DNA from: the human T2T-CHM13v2.0 reference genome, Homo sapiens | Length of the DNA: 64,000 nt | NCBI RefSeq assembly: GCF_009914755.1 | Contig: NC_060938.1 | Direction: 5' to 3' (one strand) | Shown: positions 12,305 to 30,419 of the stretch, in pieces | How positions within the stretch are numbered: position 1 is the stretch's first letter | Layout of the letters: every line of letters begins with the position of its first letter | The notes under the pieces: model-generated | Database searches by the model: none | Told to the model about the DNA's origin: nothing | The model's input: only the letters and a program-made list of their open reading frames with translations | Program-made: the position numbers and the translations under genes

Positions 12305-12749
12305 CTTAAAGGGGGGAAAACATTTAAAAATAGACCAAATCCCTATTTTTTAAAAAAAAAAAAATCATGATATGATTAAAAACTTGGGGGGAGGGGAGCA
12401 GATGCTATTTCAGGAACTGGGGAAGCAAAGAGAGAACTCAGAAGTAAAATGACAGTAAATAAATGTTTTCTCTGTCACGCTTTCAGTAGTTGTGAATCAA
12501 TCTACAACAGAGATAAAGAAGTTCATGGAAAAAGCTAAAATGAAATCTAAAACAAAGTAGGAAGATCAATTGCTGAGCTCCCTTTCAGGCACATGTTTGA
12601 ATGTCAACATAATCAGTTTGTTAAGAAACAAGTTATACAGAACTAAGTTACACTCAAAAACTCTCAGAAACATTTGTATACAGTGTATTAATTTTCACAT
12701 TTGCATTTCTGGAGGGTCAAGGGAAGCTCACATTTTAAAATAAAGGAGT

Positions 12750-13190
12750 AATAATTACAATAACTAATATTTACTGAGTTTCTATGTTAAACACCATGCG
12801 AAGTGCATGACATATAGTATCTTAAGTATGCATCCTCCCATATGTACTACAGGGAGATAGGTACTAATATCATTCCACAGAAGCTGCATCATAGTGCTCA
12901 AGAATGCAGGTTCCAGAGCCAACCTGCCTTAGTCACTTACTAGCTGTGTAAGCATAAACAAATTACTTCACATATGTGGGCCTTGAGTTTCCTCAGCTAT
13001 AAAATGGGGATAATAATAGTATCTATCTCACAGAGTTACTACAAAGATTAGATAACACAAGTAAAACACCTAGTATTTGGTAAGTATTCAATAATTACCA
13101 GCTATTATAACTCCACTTTACAGAACTTAGGTTTAGAAAAGCTAAGGAGCATGCCTTTGTTCACATTGCCAGCACCCTTAACCACTGTAC
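12750..13190. mobile_element. MIR fragments
   Basis: MIR core GAGTTTCCTCAGCTATAAAATGGGGATAATAATAGTATCTATCTCACAG. Confidence 0.65.
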
Positions 13191-13637
13191 TAACTATGCC
13201 CAAGGAACACCTTGGAGAGGCCTCTGTAGAAGGTGTGCATTTGCTTTCAGATCAGAAAAGGAAATGAATAGAACTGGCAGGGTATGACATTATCTGTCAC
13301 AGGTCCACTTGCTTTACAACATTATAATTCCCTCAAATACAGTATTAAAGACTGTTTATAATAATACTCTGCTTTCTCTTCAGATCATATAAATGTTTTG
13401 CCTTCAACAGACTACTTATAAGTCAAGATTTTCCCTCTTATGAAGGGGCTATGCTAGAAATTTCAAACACTGTACAGAGCAACTACTAAAAACTTAATTT
13501 CTTGAAAACCTTATTGTCTTTTTTAAAATATTAGTTCTAGATACTAAGTATTTTAGCAAGATCAGTAAGTTATACAATGAAAAATAACATTCTAGGGATA
13601 GCTTTAAAAGGGTTCCTCAAAGTTTTTATTAATGACA

Positions 13638-13972
<335 letters not shown>

Positions 13973-16121
13973 TTAAAAAAAAGTTGCCTTGTAAACAATG
14001 TATTTGCTTTAAAATAATGTGTATTTGTTTGTTTTTCACTATAAGCAGTTCCTTTTCTTGGTACTCATCCAGTTAACACTATTTTTCCTTTTGAATTGAA
14101 GAGATTTTTACATTTGATGGATTAATATACCTGGTTACAGGACAAACAATGTGAGTCAGGGTAAGGTTTTCACATGAGCTTCATATTTGCACTCTATACC
14201 ATTGTTTGAATTTTGTCTCTCTTTTTTTCCTTTCTCCAATATTACTGTAAATCCCTAGAGAGCCAGGATTCATTGTCTTTCTGTACCTCTAGCACATAGG
14301 GCAATGCTCTGTTTGCCACAAGAAGACAATAACATATAGTTTTACCATTTTAAGCAGTAGGTGTTCTCTATGTTGCCCTCATTTTTGAAAGCATAATGAA
14401 CACTTTTGAGAACATATATACAAAAATAAATATGCAGGCGCTATTTGTAATTTTATGAAATAGCAAGAAATGTCAAAATGCATAGTATCTTGAATAAATA
14501 ATTGCTGTTAGAAAAGTGAGAACTAGAAATAGTAATAAAATTTTTTAAAATAAACTTTAAAGTTTCCTAACATCTCTCATTCTTCCTACTTCATGTAGGA
14601 GAAAAAATAATTATATATTATTTTTAAAACCTGATCTTCAGTTGAAGCAGCTAACTGACTCAAAGGACTGACTATCATCTCAACATACCCATCTGTTAAT
14701 AATATCTAAAAACACCAAGAAATCATTGCATATTCTGAAGAAGATAATGTCCTAAGTGGTCCCTGGACTCTAAATGATTAGCATTTAAGTTGTTTACTTC
14801 AGAAAAATACTTATGATCACCTGAAAATGAGTAGTAAAACATTTTGGCTATTGTATAACAACTGCTGTCAATAATTGCAATCTTTCCCATTCCTTTTAAC
14901 TCTATGGGACAAAAAAAAAAGTAAAACAAAAGTAATAACTTGACTGTTCCTCTTGGTACAAAGAACATTTAGAAGTTGTTTGATTGACTTTGGGTAAGGT
15001 AGGCAATCACATTGGATAACTCCAGTCTGAATGGTTCTATATCCTCATTTGTAAATTAATTGAAAACATATTTATCGAGTTCCTACTATGTGCCAGGAAT
15101 TGTGCTATGTGCTAGAAATTAAAAGTAGTGGCCTTTTAAAAGATTATAATTTGCTGAGGCAATTATGACTAAGAACCATATTCAAAAACCAAAATAATCA
15201 GGAAATTACCAATTCCATTTTACTTTTTAGGCTGTACTAATAGAAGCTAATACAAGTTTAGTACATAAGAATCATGGATTCAATTGTGCAGTGAACAATC
15301 TGGGGCTATATGACTTAATGCTCCAAAAGTAAAAGTTCTATGAAGAACTGAAGTAAACTTGTTGCTCAGTCATATCTAAGGTCTTCATGGCCATGTGCAC
15401 CCAACTCCATGTAAAAACCAACTTACAAGACATTTTATGGAAGCTTCTATGAAAACTGAACAGCACACTGGGTCTTTAAACAAAAATGAATTAGACATGT
15501 AAAATTCAATCTTTCTTTTGTCATTTATCAAGTGATCTTTCACCATTTTAATTCAATCTCAACACCTTATAAAACATATTACTGATTTGATATTTTCTAT
15601 TAATTGGGCTACTTGGCTGAAGTAACACGTTGTACATGTTCCAAAACAATTTGGAATGAGCATGTATACATTACACTAAGCTTTTCCTTCCCAATGTTGT
15701 TATCTGTCCAACTACCCATAATAAAAGAAAACCATTATCCATCAACAACAAATAGAAGGCTTTCCAGCTTATAATATTCACGGATGCAAAGGCCAAAAGA
15801 AAGTAGAAAATGCAGAACCAAGCAAGCAGATGATTTATCTTCCACCCTACCCCCTTCCTTATTTCTAAATGTTTTCTTTTTAGGAAAACAAAGTTAGAAA
15901 ATTCATATAGTTAATACTATGAGATAACTGCAGTACTTACCTAAAGCTTTTTTTGTAAGAAATGTAAGGGATGTGAGCATATTTTACAACAATGTGTATG
16001 TAAGTATCCAACATTATTACAGTTTAAACATATAGCTAATTCTTTCACATTTTCTTGTATATTTATACATTTTCATAGTAAAATGTTTGAAAAATATTAG
16101 TCTAAAATAAAAATAATAGTA

Positions 16122-16326
16122 TCAGGGTTTTTCAACCTCAGCGCTATTAACATGTTGGCTGGGATAATTCTTTGTTATGGGGGGCTGTCCTACGTAGTCT
16201 AAGATATTTAACAATATCTTAGCACCCCTCAGTTCTAACAACTAAAAATGTCTCCAAACATTGCTAAATGTCCCCTGGGGGAAGGGGAAAGCAAAATAAA
16301 ACTATCCCCAGTTAAAGAACACTGGT
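16122..16326. mobile_element. MER20 DNA transposon fossil
   Basis: TTCAACCTCAGCGCTATTAACATGTTGGCTGGGATAATTCTTTGTT...CATTGCTAAATGTCCCCTGGGGG. Confidence 0.75.
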
Positions 16327-16355
16327 CTATAGGCAGGATTTAAATTTGGGTGTAA

Positions 16356-16842
16356 TTTTTTTTTCTTTTTCTTTTTTGAGAGGGAGTTTCACTCTTGTCA
16401 CCCAGGCTGGAGTGCAGTGGTACAATCTTGGCTCACTGCAACTTCCCAGGTTAAAGTGATTCTCCTGCCTCAGCCTCCCGAGTAGCTGGGATTACAGGCA
16501 CCTGCTACCACACCCAGCTAATTTTTGTATTTTAATAGAGATGGGGTTTCACCATGTTGGCCAGGCTGGTCTCGAACTCCTGACCTCAAGTAAGCCGCCT
16601 GCCTTGGCCTCCCAAAGTGCTGGAATTACAGGAATTGGGTGTAATTTTTATATAAAATAGATGATGTATTTGTATGCTTCTGCTTTTCTTTTTATTTTTT
16701 AAATTTCATTTTTTTATTCTTTTTCAGAGAAGAGGTCTCACTATATCACCCAAGCTGGTCTCGAACTCCTGGGCCCAAGCAATCCTCACACCTCGGCCTC
16801 CGAAAATGCTGGGATTATAGGCATGAGCTGCTGCACCTGGCC
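16356..16842 (-). mobile_element. AluS (16356-16632) plus FLAM/AluJ monomer (16690-16842)
   Basis: Reverse Alu consensus; TSDs TTGGGTGTAATTTT and CTGCTTTTC. Confidence 0.88.
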
Positions 16843-16945
16843 TGCTTTTCATTAAAACTTCAACCTATTTCTAAATTGCCATTAAAAAAAAAATTGAAAG
16901 TTTCCAAATTAAACCAAAGTTTGTTTTTCTTTTTCTTTCTTTTAC

Positions 16946-18314
16946 CTTTCATTGTATTTCCCAACAGTTGGTCTGCCTCAGACTCATATACAGAGACAGA
17001 AACAGTGGTTTCTAAGAAAAACAGGGCATCGTTTTCCTTGGTGGATTCCGTGAAGTCTCCCGTACTTTGGAGCAAGTTCACAATGGAAACTTTCATGTCT
17101 TCCATCAGACTTGTGGGGGTAAAGGAACTTTGATCAGTGAAAGCAGGTGATCTCTCATTCCCATGCGCTATTAGCAGGGCTGTGCCCGTGTGTGTTTCCC
17201 CTTCAGGCAGCCCCAGAGCCACCTGTGCAGCCTCTGTCCAAGGCTGGCCTCCTTCCATACCCTCATGGCTTACTTGTGCTGTCTGAGACATCTCCGTTCT
17301 CACCTGAGTCTCTTCATTGTCTCCAAGCTTGGGGGTCCTTATCCGGCTTACACTCTCTAATTTGGTGTCATCCCACTCATCACTTAAGGCAGAGGCAGCT
17401 GGAACAGCTGTGCTGACACTCACTGTGACTTCTGGGGCTCCCAGCAGACTATCAGTTTCTGGCTCAACACTCAGGGTGTACTCGGAAGTTTCGAGTGGTT
17501 GCTTGGTGGCAGCAGCCTGGGTGTTATCAGCTGTCATCTGCGAAGGCTTCTCCTTATCAGGGGTGAGGCTTCCAGGCTCACTGCCTGCTGTGGACTCAGC
17601 ACCAGGAAAAGAAGTTGTCCTGTGGTCTGTGTCTGCTTCAAATTTCTCAGTCTTTGGATTGGTGGTTAGCATTTCCTTAGTATTCACATAGGATGAAGGT
17701 GAATGTCCCAAACCAACTCCTTCCTGACTTTCAGTTGCAAATGATTGATTATCCATATACTTCAGAAAACCTTTTGTGGTTTCTGTGATCTCTTCTACAA
17801 TGGGCTGAAAGTTAGTGCTTGTAAGGAGTTCCTCCTTTTCATCAACAGTCAGAGAAGGAGTCGCAGTGATAGCAATGGTTAACATGGCCTTGGCAAGTCC
17901 ACTTTCAGGAGATATTCTCTCTGGCTGGCTGGAACCAAATACTTCTTCAGCTGAGGGGACACCTGACTCAGTAGGTGTGGAAACACCAGGGCGTTCTGTT
18001 TGCATGAGCCCAGCTTGTCCAGGCTGGATTTCTTTGTTAATCGAGAATGCTTTATTTAATGATGTTGCCGATGGTACTGCTGACATCATCATTGGATCTT
18101 CAGAGACCACCAGTTGGGGAGTCTGCTTTGAGGTAACAGAGCTATTTTCTAGGTCATCGGTGTTCATCTTATCGGACTGCCCTTTTTCCGCATGAACATG
18201 TGCTATCTCCCTCCTCCTTTCTATTTTGGGGAAGGCCAGACATTGTGTGGCAACGCTGAAAAGCAGAAGGCTACAGAAAGCCAGACAAATGTGCAATACA
18301 ATCGGTCCTCTCAT
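16946..18314 (-). CDS. ARMH4: ARMH4 (C14orf37) first coding exon: signal peptide and Ser/Thr/Glu-rich ectodomain (456 codons + 1 nt); whole exon 2 = 16946-18370
   Basis: ATG at 18314 (ccactATG), [27 protein letters not shown] hydrophobic leader; acceptor TTTTCTGCAG|G at 18370, donor AAAG|GTAAA at 16946; protein recognised as human ARMH4. Confidence 0.95.
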
Positions 18315-18787
18315 AGTGGAAGAGAAATGGCACGTACACTGGCAGAGTTGACAAGTCCAGTAATTGAATCCTGCAGAAAAATAAAGCATATCAAACTGTC
18401 ATATAAATACATGTTGTAAATAAGTCTCTTTAAATTAAACCATAAGTAAAATAATCTCCTTGACTTTATAATACACAGAGATGGTAGGTAGGAGAGGACT
18501 GCTCTATTTCTTTGTACCTTTGAGACATGGATAACCCAGTTCATTTCTCCCTGCTGAATTTTGCTGATTTAACTTGAGGTTCCCTAGAAAAAGGTACACA
18601 TAGTTCAAGTATTAAGTTCGTTGTTTCTTAAATACCTACTTGAAATAATTTACCCTTGAAGTCACATTTGCAATATTCTCTCCAAATTCCTCTATTAACC
18701 ATGTAGTCAAATGACTGTAGAAATAGCAACATGTCCAAGAAATAAAAAGTAAGTCTTACACATTCATTCAAATAACTTTTTAAGTGT

Positions 18788-20088
<1,301 letters not shown>

Positions 20089-20170
20089 AAATGGGTTTGA
20101 AAACCCTAAATATCATCATTAAATGCTGAATACCAGTTACTTTTAAGAGTTTTTTAAAGTAAGTAAATAA

Positions 20171-20726
<556 letters not shown>

Positions 20727-21399
20727 GAAAATATGTATTTTAAATGCTTAAATCATTTGTTATTCTCTGCCACAACTATAAAAGTTACAGGCAAAACATG
20801 TTTCAAAATTTAAGGATTAGAAAAGGTTTAAGAGTTAAGCAAGGTTAATAGTTTCAGAAAAAAACAAAATATACTTTAAAATTAGCAATCTTTATTGAAT
20901 ACCCATTATTATAAGATAAAAAAATTATTGTAGTATTTGAAATAAACTACTCACATTCTCATTACAACTAAAACTATATTAAAATTGTTAATTTACCCCC
21001 AAATTTAAGGGTTTCAGTTCTTTTTTTAATCTATTTTGCTGAGTAGGGCCTTTTCTTTTCCCATCATCAGAAATTTCTCAGAGATGCTGCAAGTTTTCTA
21101 GAAAATTAAACCTTGAAACTAAAATTCTAAAATAAAAACCTCAACTTCATACAGTTTACATTTTTTTCTTGCTTTCATGTCTAATCATTCAATGATCTAA
21201 GTTAAGCAAATGATGTGCACATGTGAAATTTAGAAATTTCTTTTCATAAGGCCTTCTTCCCTTAAGGAGTTTCAAAGCTTCCATGTGTTATCTCATTTAG
21301 TCTTATAGGTCCTTTCAAGAAAGAAGAAAGGTAAAGTCCTCAGGACATGATCTACATGGCTGAAGACAAAAAGAAGCCGGAATTTTCCTTCCTTCCTCC

Positions 21400-21848
21400 T
21401 TTTTTTGTTTCTTTTCTTTTCTTTTCTCTTCTCTTTTCTTTTCTTTTTTCTTTTCTTTTTGAGATGGAGTTTCACTCTGTCACCCAGGCTGGAATGCAGT
21501 GCGAGTCACTCACTGCAACCTCCGCCTCTTGAGTTCTTGTGCCTCAGCCTCCCGAGTAGCTGGGACTACAGGCGTGCACCACCATGCCTGGCTAATTTTT
21601 GTATTTTTATTAGAGACGGGGTTTCACCATGTTGGCCAGACTGGTCTTGAACTCCTGACTTCAAGTGATCCACCTGCCTCAGCCTCCCAAAGTGCTGAAA
21701 TTACAAGCGTGAGCTCCCCTCCCCTTCCTTTCCCTTTCTTCTCTTTTTTTCTTTCCCCAGGCTGGACTTGAACTCCTGGGCTCAAGCAATCCTCCTGCAT
21801 CAAGCTCCTAAGTAGGTAGGACTACAGGCACATACCACCACACAGCAC
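21400..21848 (-). mobile_element. AluS with (CTTTT)n tail plus an Alu monomer fragment
   Basis: Reverse Alu consensus at 21400-21714 and 21755-21848. Confidence 0.85.
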
Positions 21849-21879
21849 AAGAAGACTGACTTTTTCTACGTGAGAAAAA

Positions 21880-22148
21880 AGGAATCCATGGATTTAGAGC
21901 TAAGGCTTCCTGCCAACTACCACCACCACATGAGTGTACCATCTTGGAAATGGGTCCAGCAGCCCCAGTCAACCCTTCAGATGACTGCACCCCTGGCTGA
22001 CATCTTGACTACACCTTCTTGAAAGACTTTGTGCCATAACCACACAGCTAAGTTACTCCCAAATTCATGATGCATAGAACTGGTATAAAATAACAAATAT
22101 TTATTGTTATTTCAAGCCACTAAGCTACGGGGTAATTTGTTACACAGA
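21880..22148 (+). mobile_element. MLT1 LTR 3' fragment
   Basis: CCAGCAGCCCCAGTCAACCCTTCAGATGACTGCA...AAGCCACTAAG..GGTAATTTGTTACACAG. Confidence 0.7.
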
Positions 22149-22406
22149 AATCTTGAGTCCACAATGCTGCAGGGAAATACAGGAATGGAATGACAGCACG
22201 AGTACAATAGTGTCATGTGCAGAAAAGAAACAGCCTATCAGGGATTACAAATTTAGCTGAAGAAAACTGAAGCCAGAGATGACTAGAAGAAACATAAGTC
22301 CCCAAACAATCTGCAAGGATAATGAGACGGGTGCTAAGTTTCCCCATATGCTGATGGGGGTTTGAAACAAACATATCTGAATATTAAATTACATGCTGGT
22401 AGCTAG

Positions 22407-23910
<1,504 letters not shown>

Positions 23911-26272
23911 CTACTAAATTCTATCTATATAGTCGAACAGTCATAAAAGCTATAGAACTCTGTGGTTCATTTCTGATCTGTTCAGATAGCTGCCCCTTCC
24001 TAAACAAATACTTTTTCTATTCAGTGAAATCTTACTAAACGTGTGGCCTAAAACCTTGGCCCACATGATCCCATACTTCTGAATAAAAATCTGAAAGCCC
24101 CAGGCCATCATGAATGGTAATAGAGTTTAGAGGGACTTGGGCTGGTCCCTTCAGAATCAGAAAAATGATTCCTGAATCTTAGCTTTATTGACATTGAAAC
24201 TTGCTATATGATACTGAGCAAGTGGCCTCAGTTTCTCCTTTGACAAAATGAGGAATTAAAATAATCATTCAAATCCCTTCTTCATCCATGATTTTATTCT
24301 CATACCTCACCTATATGACATGAAATAAAAATACAAATATTTCTATATTCCTATAATGTTGCCATCAACTAGGAAAGGCACTCAAATGGTGGAGCAGATG
24401 CTTTATGTGCTATGTGTATGTTCTGGAGTCATGTGGACTGAGAGAAAAATTTTACAAACAAATCAGATCAAGGGAAGAAGGGATAAATAATAAAGACTTA
24501 ATACAGCCCCACTGCCTTTCCAAAACATAATTTTCCTTCCAAGTTTATTTTCATCTGTATCTTGGGTTTTAGAATTTTTGCGTGAAGGGAATTCTGCTAT
24601 TGCTCCAAAAGACTTGCCTTCTGTGATTGTCAGCCACCTGCTTTCTAAATTCAAATACAACAGAAAGAGTGGGGGTGAACCGCAAGCCTTTGCTTTTCTC
24701 CCCCCTTTTCAAAGGCATTGATGAAAGCTTTTTCTATGTCTGTGTATTGAGGCCATATGTTCCCTCTCCCCACTATGGAAAGCAACAACTATACGTTAAA
24801 AGGAAAAAAGACAGCCTGTAAAAAGAATAACAGAAAACACGTCTGGAACTCAGATAAACTGATAGATGACCTTCAAATTCCAGGATTTTCTCCATCTTTC
24901 AAAGCCCAGTATAGGTTCATGTAGTCACTCCCATTTTTCTAATGTCCCACAATGGGAGTTACATGATGCTCAAGAATAAACGAGAAGACTGTTGTCAGTT
25001 CAACAATATTCCTAAACCTAAATAACCATCTGCAACCATATTTTGAAGGCTATGAGCCTTTCCTTTTTCCTCAACACTGTATCCCCTTCCTGGCAATGTG
25101 CCTGGCACAGAAGAAATGCTCAGTAAATATTGGCTGAACAAACAGATGAATGTCTATAGCCCACTTTGCTGGGAGAAGTGGAAGGAGGAGAGATTCCATT
25201 GCATATTAGAATTCTGTGTCTTAATTATCTTCAATTAACTCAATCATAAGAATGTTTAACAAACAAACAAAAAGAACATTCCTCTTCCTTTTCCCTCCCA
25301 CTGCGTATTTGGATGCTGCTTTCTTTTCACTGTATCTCTCCATGCAAATTAATTCAGATAAATAAGCTCTAACCAAATTACCAACTGATGTTGGATATCA
25401 GCTTTGAATAGCTTAAAAAGCATCTCCTTCAGAGCAGGTCAGTAGCACTTTGTCTATCATTTGCTATCAAGCTATCTATCCTAATAGCTTGGCAGTCTTC
25501 TAAACAATTTACTGCATTTCTGCCACCAGTGAGCAAGATAAGCTGTTCTGTCAGGCATTATCTTTGACAATCTTACATAGCTACAGTCCAGAATCTGTTT
25601 CTTTGTCAAGTCTAGGCATATTCAAGTTTCAAAGACAAACGAAAGGCAACATAAAAAATACCAGCCTTGGCCATCTGGTTAGACTTAATCAGATTTTGTA
25701 AGCACTTGGTCAATATTTTTTCCAACTAAAATGAATACTGCTATTTCAGTATGTTACCAAAATGAAGACACAAAAGGGAAACCAATATGTTAAATCATTC
25801 TCACCAGTGATGAAGCTACTACTTCCAGTGTCAACTGAGTTTCATATATAATATTAAGGCACAATGAGCATCGCCCCAAGAGTGCTCAAGACACAGGAGG
25901 GCTGTAGAGTGTGCCAAGAAACTGGTGACAGTTCGCTTTATATTTTCCTTTTCTTATGATATACACAAAAACTACAGAGAGCTGCTATGGGGTAGGTGAA
26001 GAAAGCTACCTCATCTTGGCTTTTCATTGTCAACTGGAAGTTACTTTGATGACACTTCAAACACAACCATCTTCATCTGAACTTTGGTGGCCACCTTGAA
26101 CTCTTCTCTCCTTTACATTCTAGATTCACAACCGCTGTGGATCCTCCTCTCATAATCTCTTTTGGAATTGTAACTTCTGATCACCTCATTGGATAGTTAT
26201 TTTAAATGCCTCTTCATTGATAACCTTGTCTAGGCTCTCTCCTCTCCAATCTATTTTATACAATCCAGATGG

Positions 26273-27298
<1,026 letters not shown>

Positions 27299-27797
27299 TC
27301 TCAGGCTCCCAAGTTTTGAGAATGACACTGTACGACCCATGGTTCCCTACCCAGGTATCCAAACCCTGGCCTCCCAGGTCACATCCCATTCTGGCCCATT
27401 CTTTCCCCACCCTTCTCCTAGCTCCTGTAGCATGAATTGTCATTTAAGTCTCAGCACCTCAAATGAGATTATGTTCTTTGCATACAAACACTAGTCTTTA
27501 CCATTCCTTTGTTTGCCACATAATTAGTAATAAGGGTAGGCACAAAGAGGAGAGATTCCATAAATATTTGTTGGCATGATGTGAATATAAATAACCATTT
27601 AAGAATATGAAAAAGAACGTTTCAAGTCCTTATTTTGTACTGTAAGATTTTTTTAATGACATTTCATGGTCTAACCATGTCTACTTGTATGTTTTATTCA
27701 ATACCTAGCCAATTTTGGCTACTTATTTAACTGTCACTCTAACAATAACAATAACTTATGTGTTCTCATTTCTGCTATATTTTAAGGTTTCAGAGTT

Positions 27798-27801
<4 letters not shown>

Positions 27802-27837
<36 letters not shown>
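27802..27837. repeat. (CA)n microsatellite
   Basis: About 18 AC units. Confidence 0.95.
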
Positions 27838-27840
<3 letters not shown>

Positions 27841-30419
27841 ACAGACCAACAGTTACAGGTAACAAGTCTCACAGCGTCAAGTCAACATGCTTGCCAAATA
27901 CCATCTCACCTTTTGAAATACAATTAGTGATTCTCTGATGAGGGGGATAGTGTCTTAATAATCTTTGTGTCTTAATAATCTTTCCATTTTGTGTCTTAAC
28001 AATCTTTCCACTTTGTCCTTTTCATGACCATTCCTCAATGATTAATTTATCATTGTCTTACTTTTTCTTTTTTTAAATCCTTAAGGCTGTTACTGCCAAC
28101 ACTATTTTATTGCCAATACTATTGTATTTACTTAAAGCTGAGCTTATAAAGACTCTCACTCTATTAACCCAGCTGTGGCAAATGGCATTAAGGTACCACG
28201 TTTCTGATTCACTGTGCTACTGACAATCATCACTGGTCTGTTATATTGGCTTTAGGATCTAGGCTGCAGCTATACTTCACCATAAATTAAATAGCTGAAT
28301 GACAAACAATCCTTTCAGCAGCATGTTCCATCACAATGGAAGGAGGGAGAAGGAGTAAGTAACCACAAAGAAAAGCATGGTCCCCCAGGAGGAAAGCAGC
28401 CCCAGAGCTGGCAGGGAAGAGGGTAAGTAGGCTGGGGTCAAAATAGCTAAATTACTGGAAACTAAATACCAGTAAAAAGTACTTTACCATCCCTGAAGAC
28501 CACACCTAAGTTCTACATACTGAGCCCAGGAGCTTCAGTCTCTACAAATTAGTGATGTAGACAAATGAAGATATCCGTGCTTATCACCCCTAGCATATCA
28601 TCTCATCCCTGGTAAAAGGAGATGGACTTGAAGATTTAAAAACAGGCTTCTTCGAGTTCCAGTTCTACCTTAGGCAAATCACTGAAACTCAAGTTTTCTT
28701 GTTGCAAAGTAGAAATAATAATGCTGGTTATATTTTTTCAAAGGGTGGAGAACACACACAAAAGTGATAATAGACATAAAAGCAGTTTGAAACAAAAGTA
28801 AATTATCATGCAATAGAAGACATACTAGCATGCTACTGACATGCATTCCTGTCAAATACAGAAATGTGAGCAATTTGGAGCATCTGTAACATCAGCCACA
28901 AATGGAGTAGCATTTTTTTCCCCAAGGTACTTTCATGGAGCTTCTCCTTTCAGCTTTATCATGTAGACAATGTGACCTGAGAGGGTTCTGCTGTCTGCAG
29001 AATCCTATCCTGATGAATCTTGATCAACAAACTCTTCTCCATCCATCAGACAGTTTATTTCAGTGACCCAATTGGACATATCATTTCTGGTTTTTGTGGT
29101 ACACAAATGTAGCCATTTGCTTGGCTAGATCTCTAAGTAGCTGACATTTAAAGGGAAGCTGAAACTAGCTTCAGATACTTCTCTTATAATCACCAAGTAA
29201 ACACAATATGGAAAAATAAGATTGACCTCACATCTTGCTTAGGGAATGAGTTTTCATTTTACAAAAATTAAAAGCAGTTTCCCTCTGCATAGACAGCTTC
29301 CCTATGTGAGAAGTTTTTTAAGTTCAATTAACAAAAATACAATTCCATACACCACTTTTCAGACAAACATCTACAGAATAAAGGGCAAAGGACACCTTTA
29401 GGTGGGGAGTGGACATTTTCCACAGCAGATAAACCCGTTTTCCTCATTTTGATTATACACTTATATTTAGCATCGAACCATTTCCGTAATACCAAATTAT
29501 AATATTGTAAAGGTCTGGCAGGAAACTCCGGAATATGTAGTAAGAAGCCTCCCATGAAAACAAAGACAAATTCACATCTCTCTAATTGGCTCCGTTGCTG
29601 TAGCTACCTTAGACTTGGTGAGCCTTGGGAGTTTCTATGAATAAACTCAACTAATATCAAATCTGTCTGCTGCACAAGTGCTCGGTTCATTATTGTGACA
29701 AATACAAAAAAAAAACCACTTTATTCATAAGAGCAAGTCAGAGTACCTTTAAACCTCTGTGTGTAAAAGAAGCAATGTTCTGATACTGTGAAACCTTAGC
29801 CGGTTGTGTGTTTCAATAGATGCTACTGTGGGGTTCTACTGGCATACGTGCCGAAGTCAGTCAATGACTGTAGATGCTTGGCTAAAAGGAGACTCCCTGG
29901 AGCCCAACAGCATCACTTGTGATCAAGGAAATACACCAAAATAAAGAGAAGGCATGTGAATTCTGACCACTCAAGAATTTTTGCCCTTTGGAGAAGAGAT
30001 CCTTCAGAACCCTAGGGATGGTTTTGTGAACCACTCCCCACTCCCCCTCAAGTTTCAAACTAAAACTTCCAAAGAAAGAAGGCAGACACTTTAAAGCAGC
30101 CATCTCTCCTCTCTTCCACATCAGTTCTGCACTGAAATTGGATGCCAAGTGCTAGGCGGATCCTCGGGATCATCTCATCTTTGAGAACCCAAACTCTTAA
30201 GGGTCCTGTTTTGTTCACTCCTGCTTGCCTCCTCGCCAGCCAAGGTTCTACATGTTTGGAATCTACACAAGTCAGATTCTGTCAGTGACCACGAGGCACA
30301 TGAGACATTTGGGCACCTCCGGCAGCACCTCCCAACTATTCCGGAGTCTCAAGCAGAGCCTCGCCTCCCCCAGGTCTAACCCGCAGGCCCTCTTTCTAAT
30401 TAAGTGACCTTTCCAAGGA

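Noticed and set aside
16860-18389. 509-aa ORF as a single-exon protein
   Set aside because: Both ends run into introns past consensus splice sites (18370 acceptor, 16946 donor); the real start is ATG 18314
16876-18419. Several plus-strand ORFs over exon 2
   Set aside because: Antisense shadows of a low-complexity coding exon; no independent evidence
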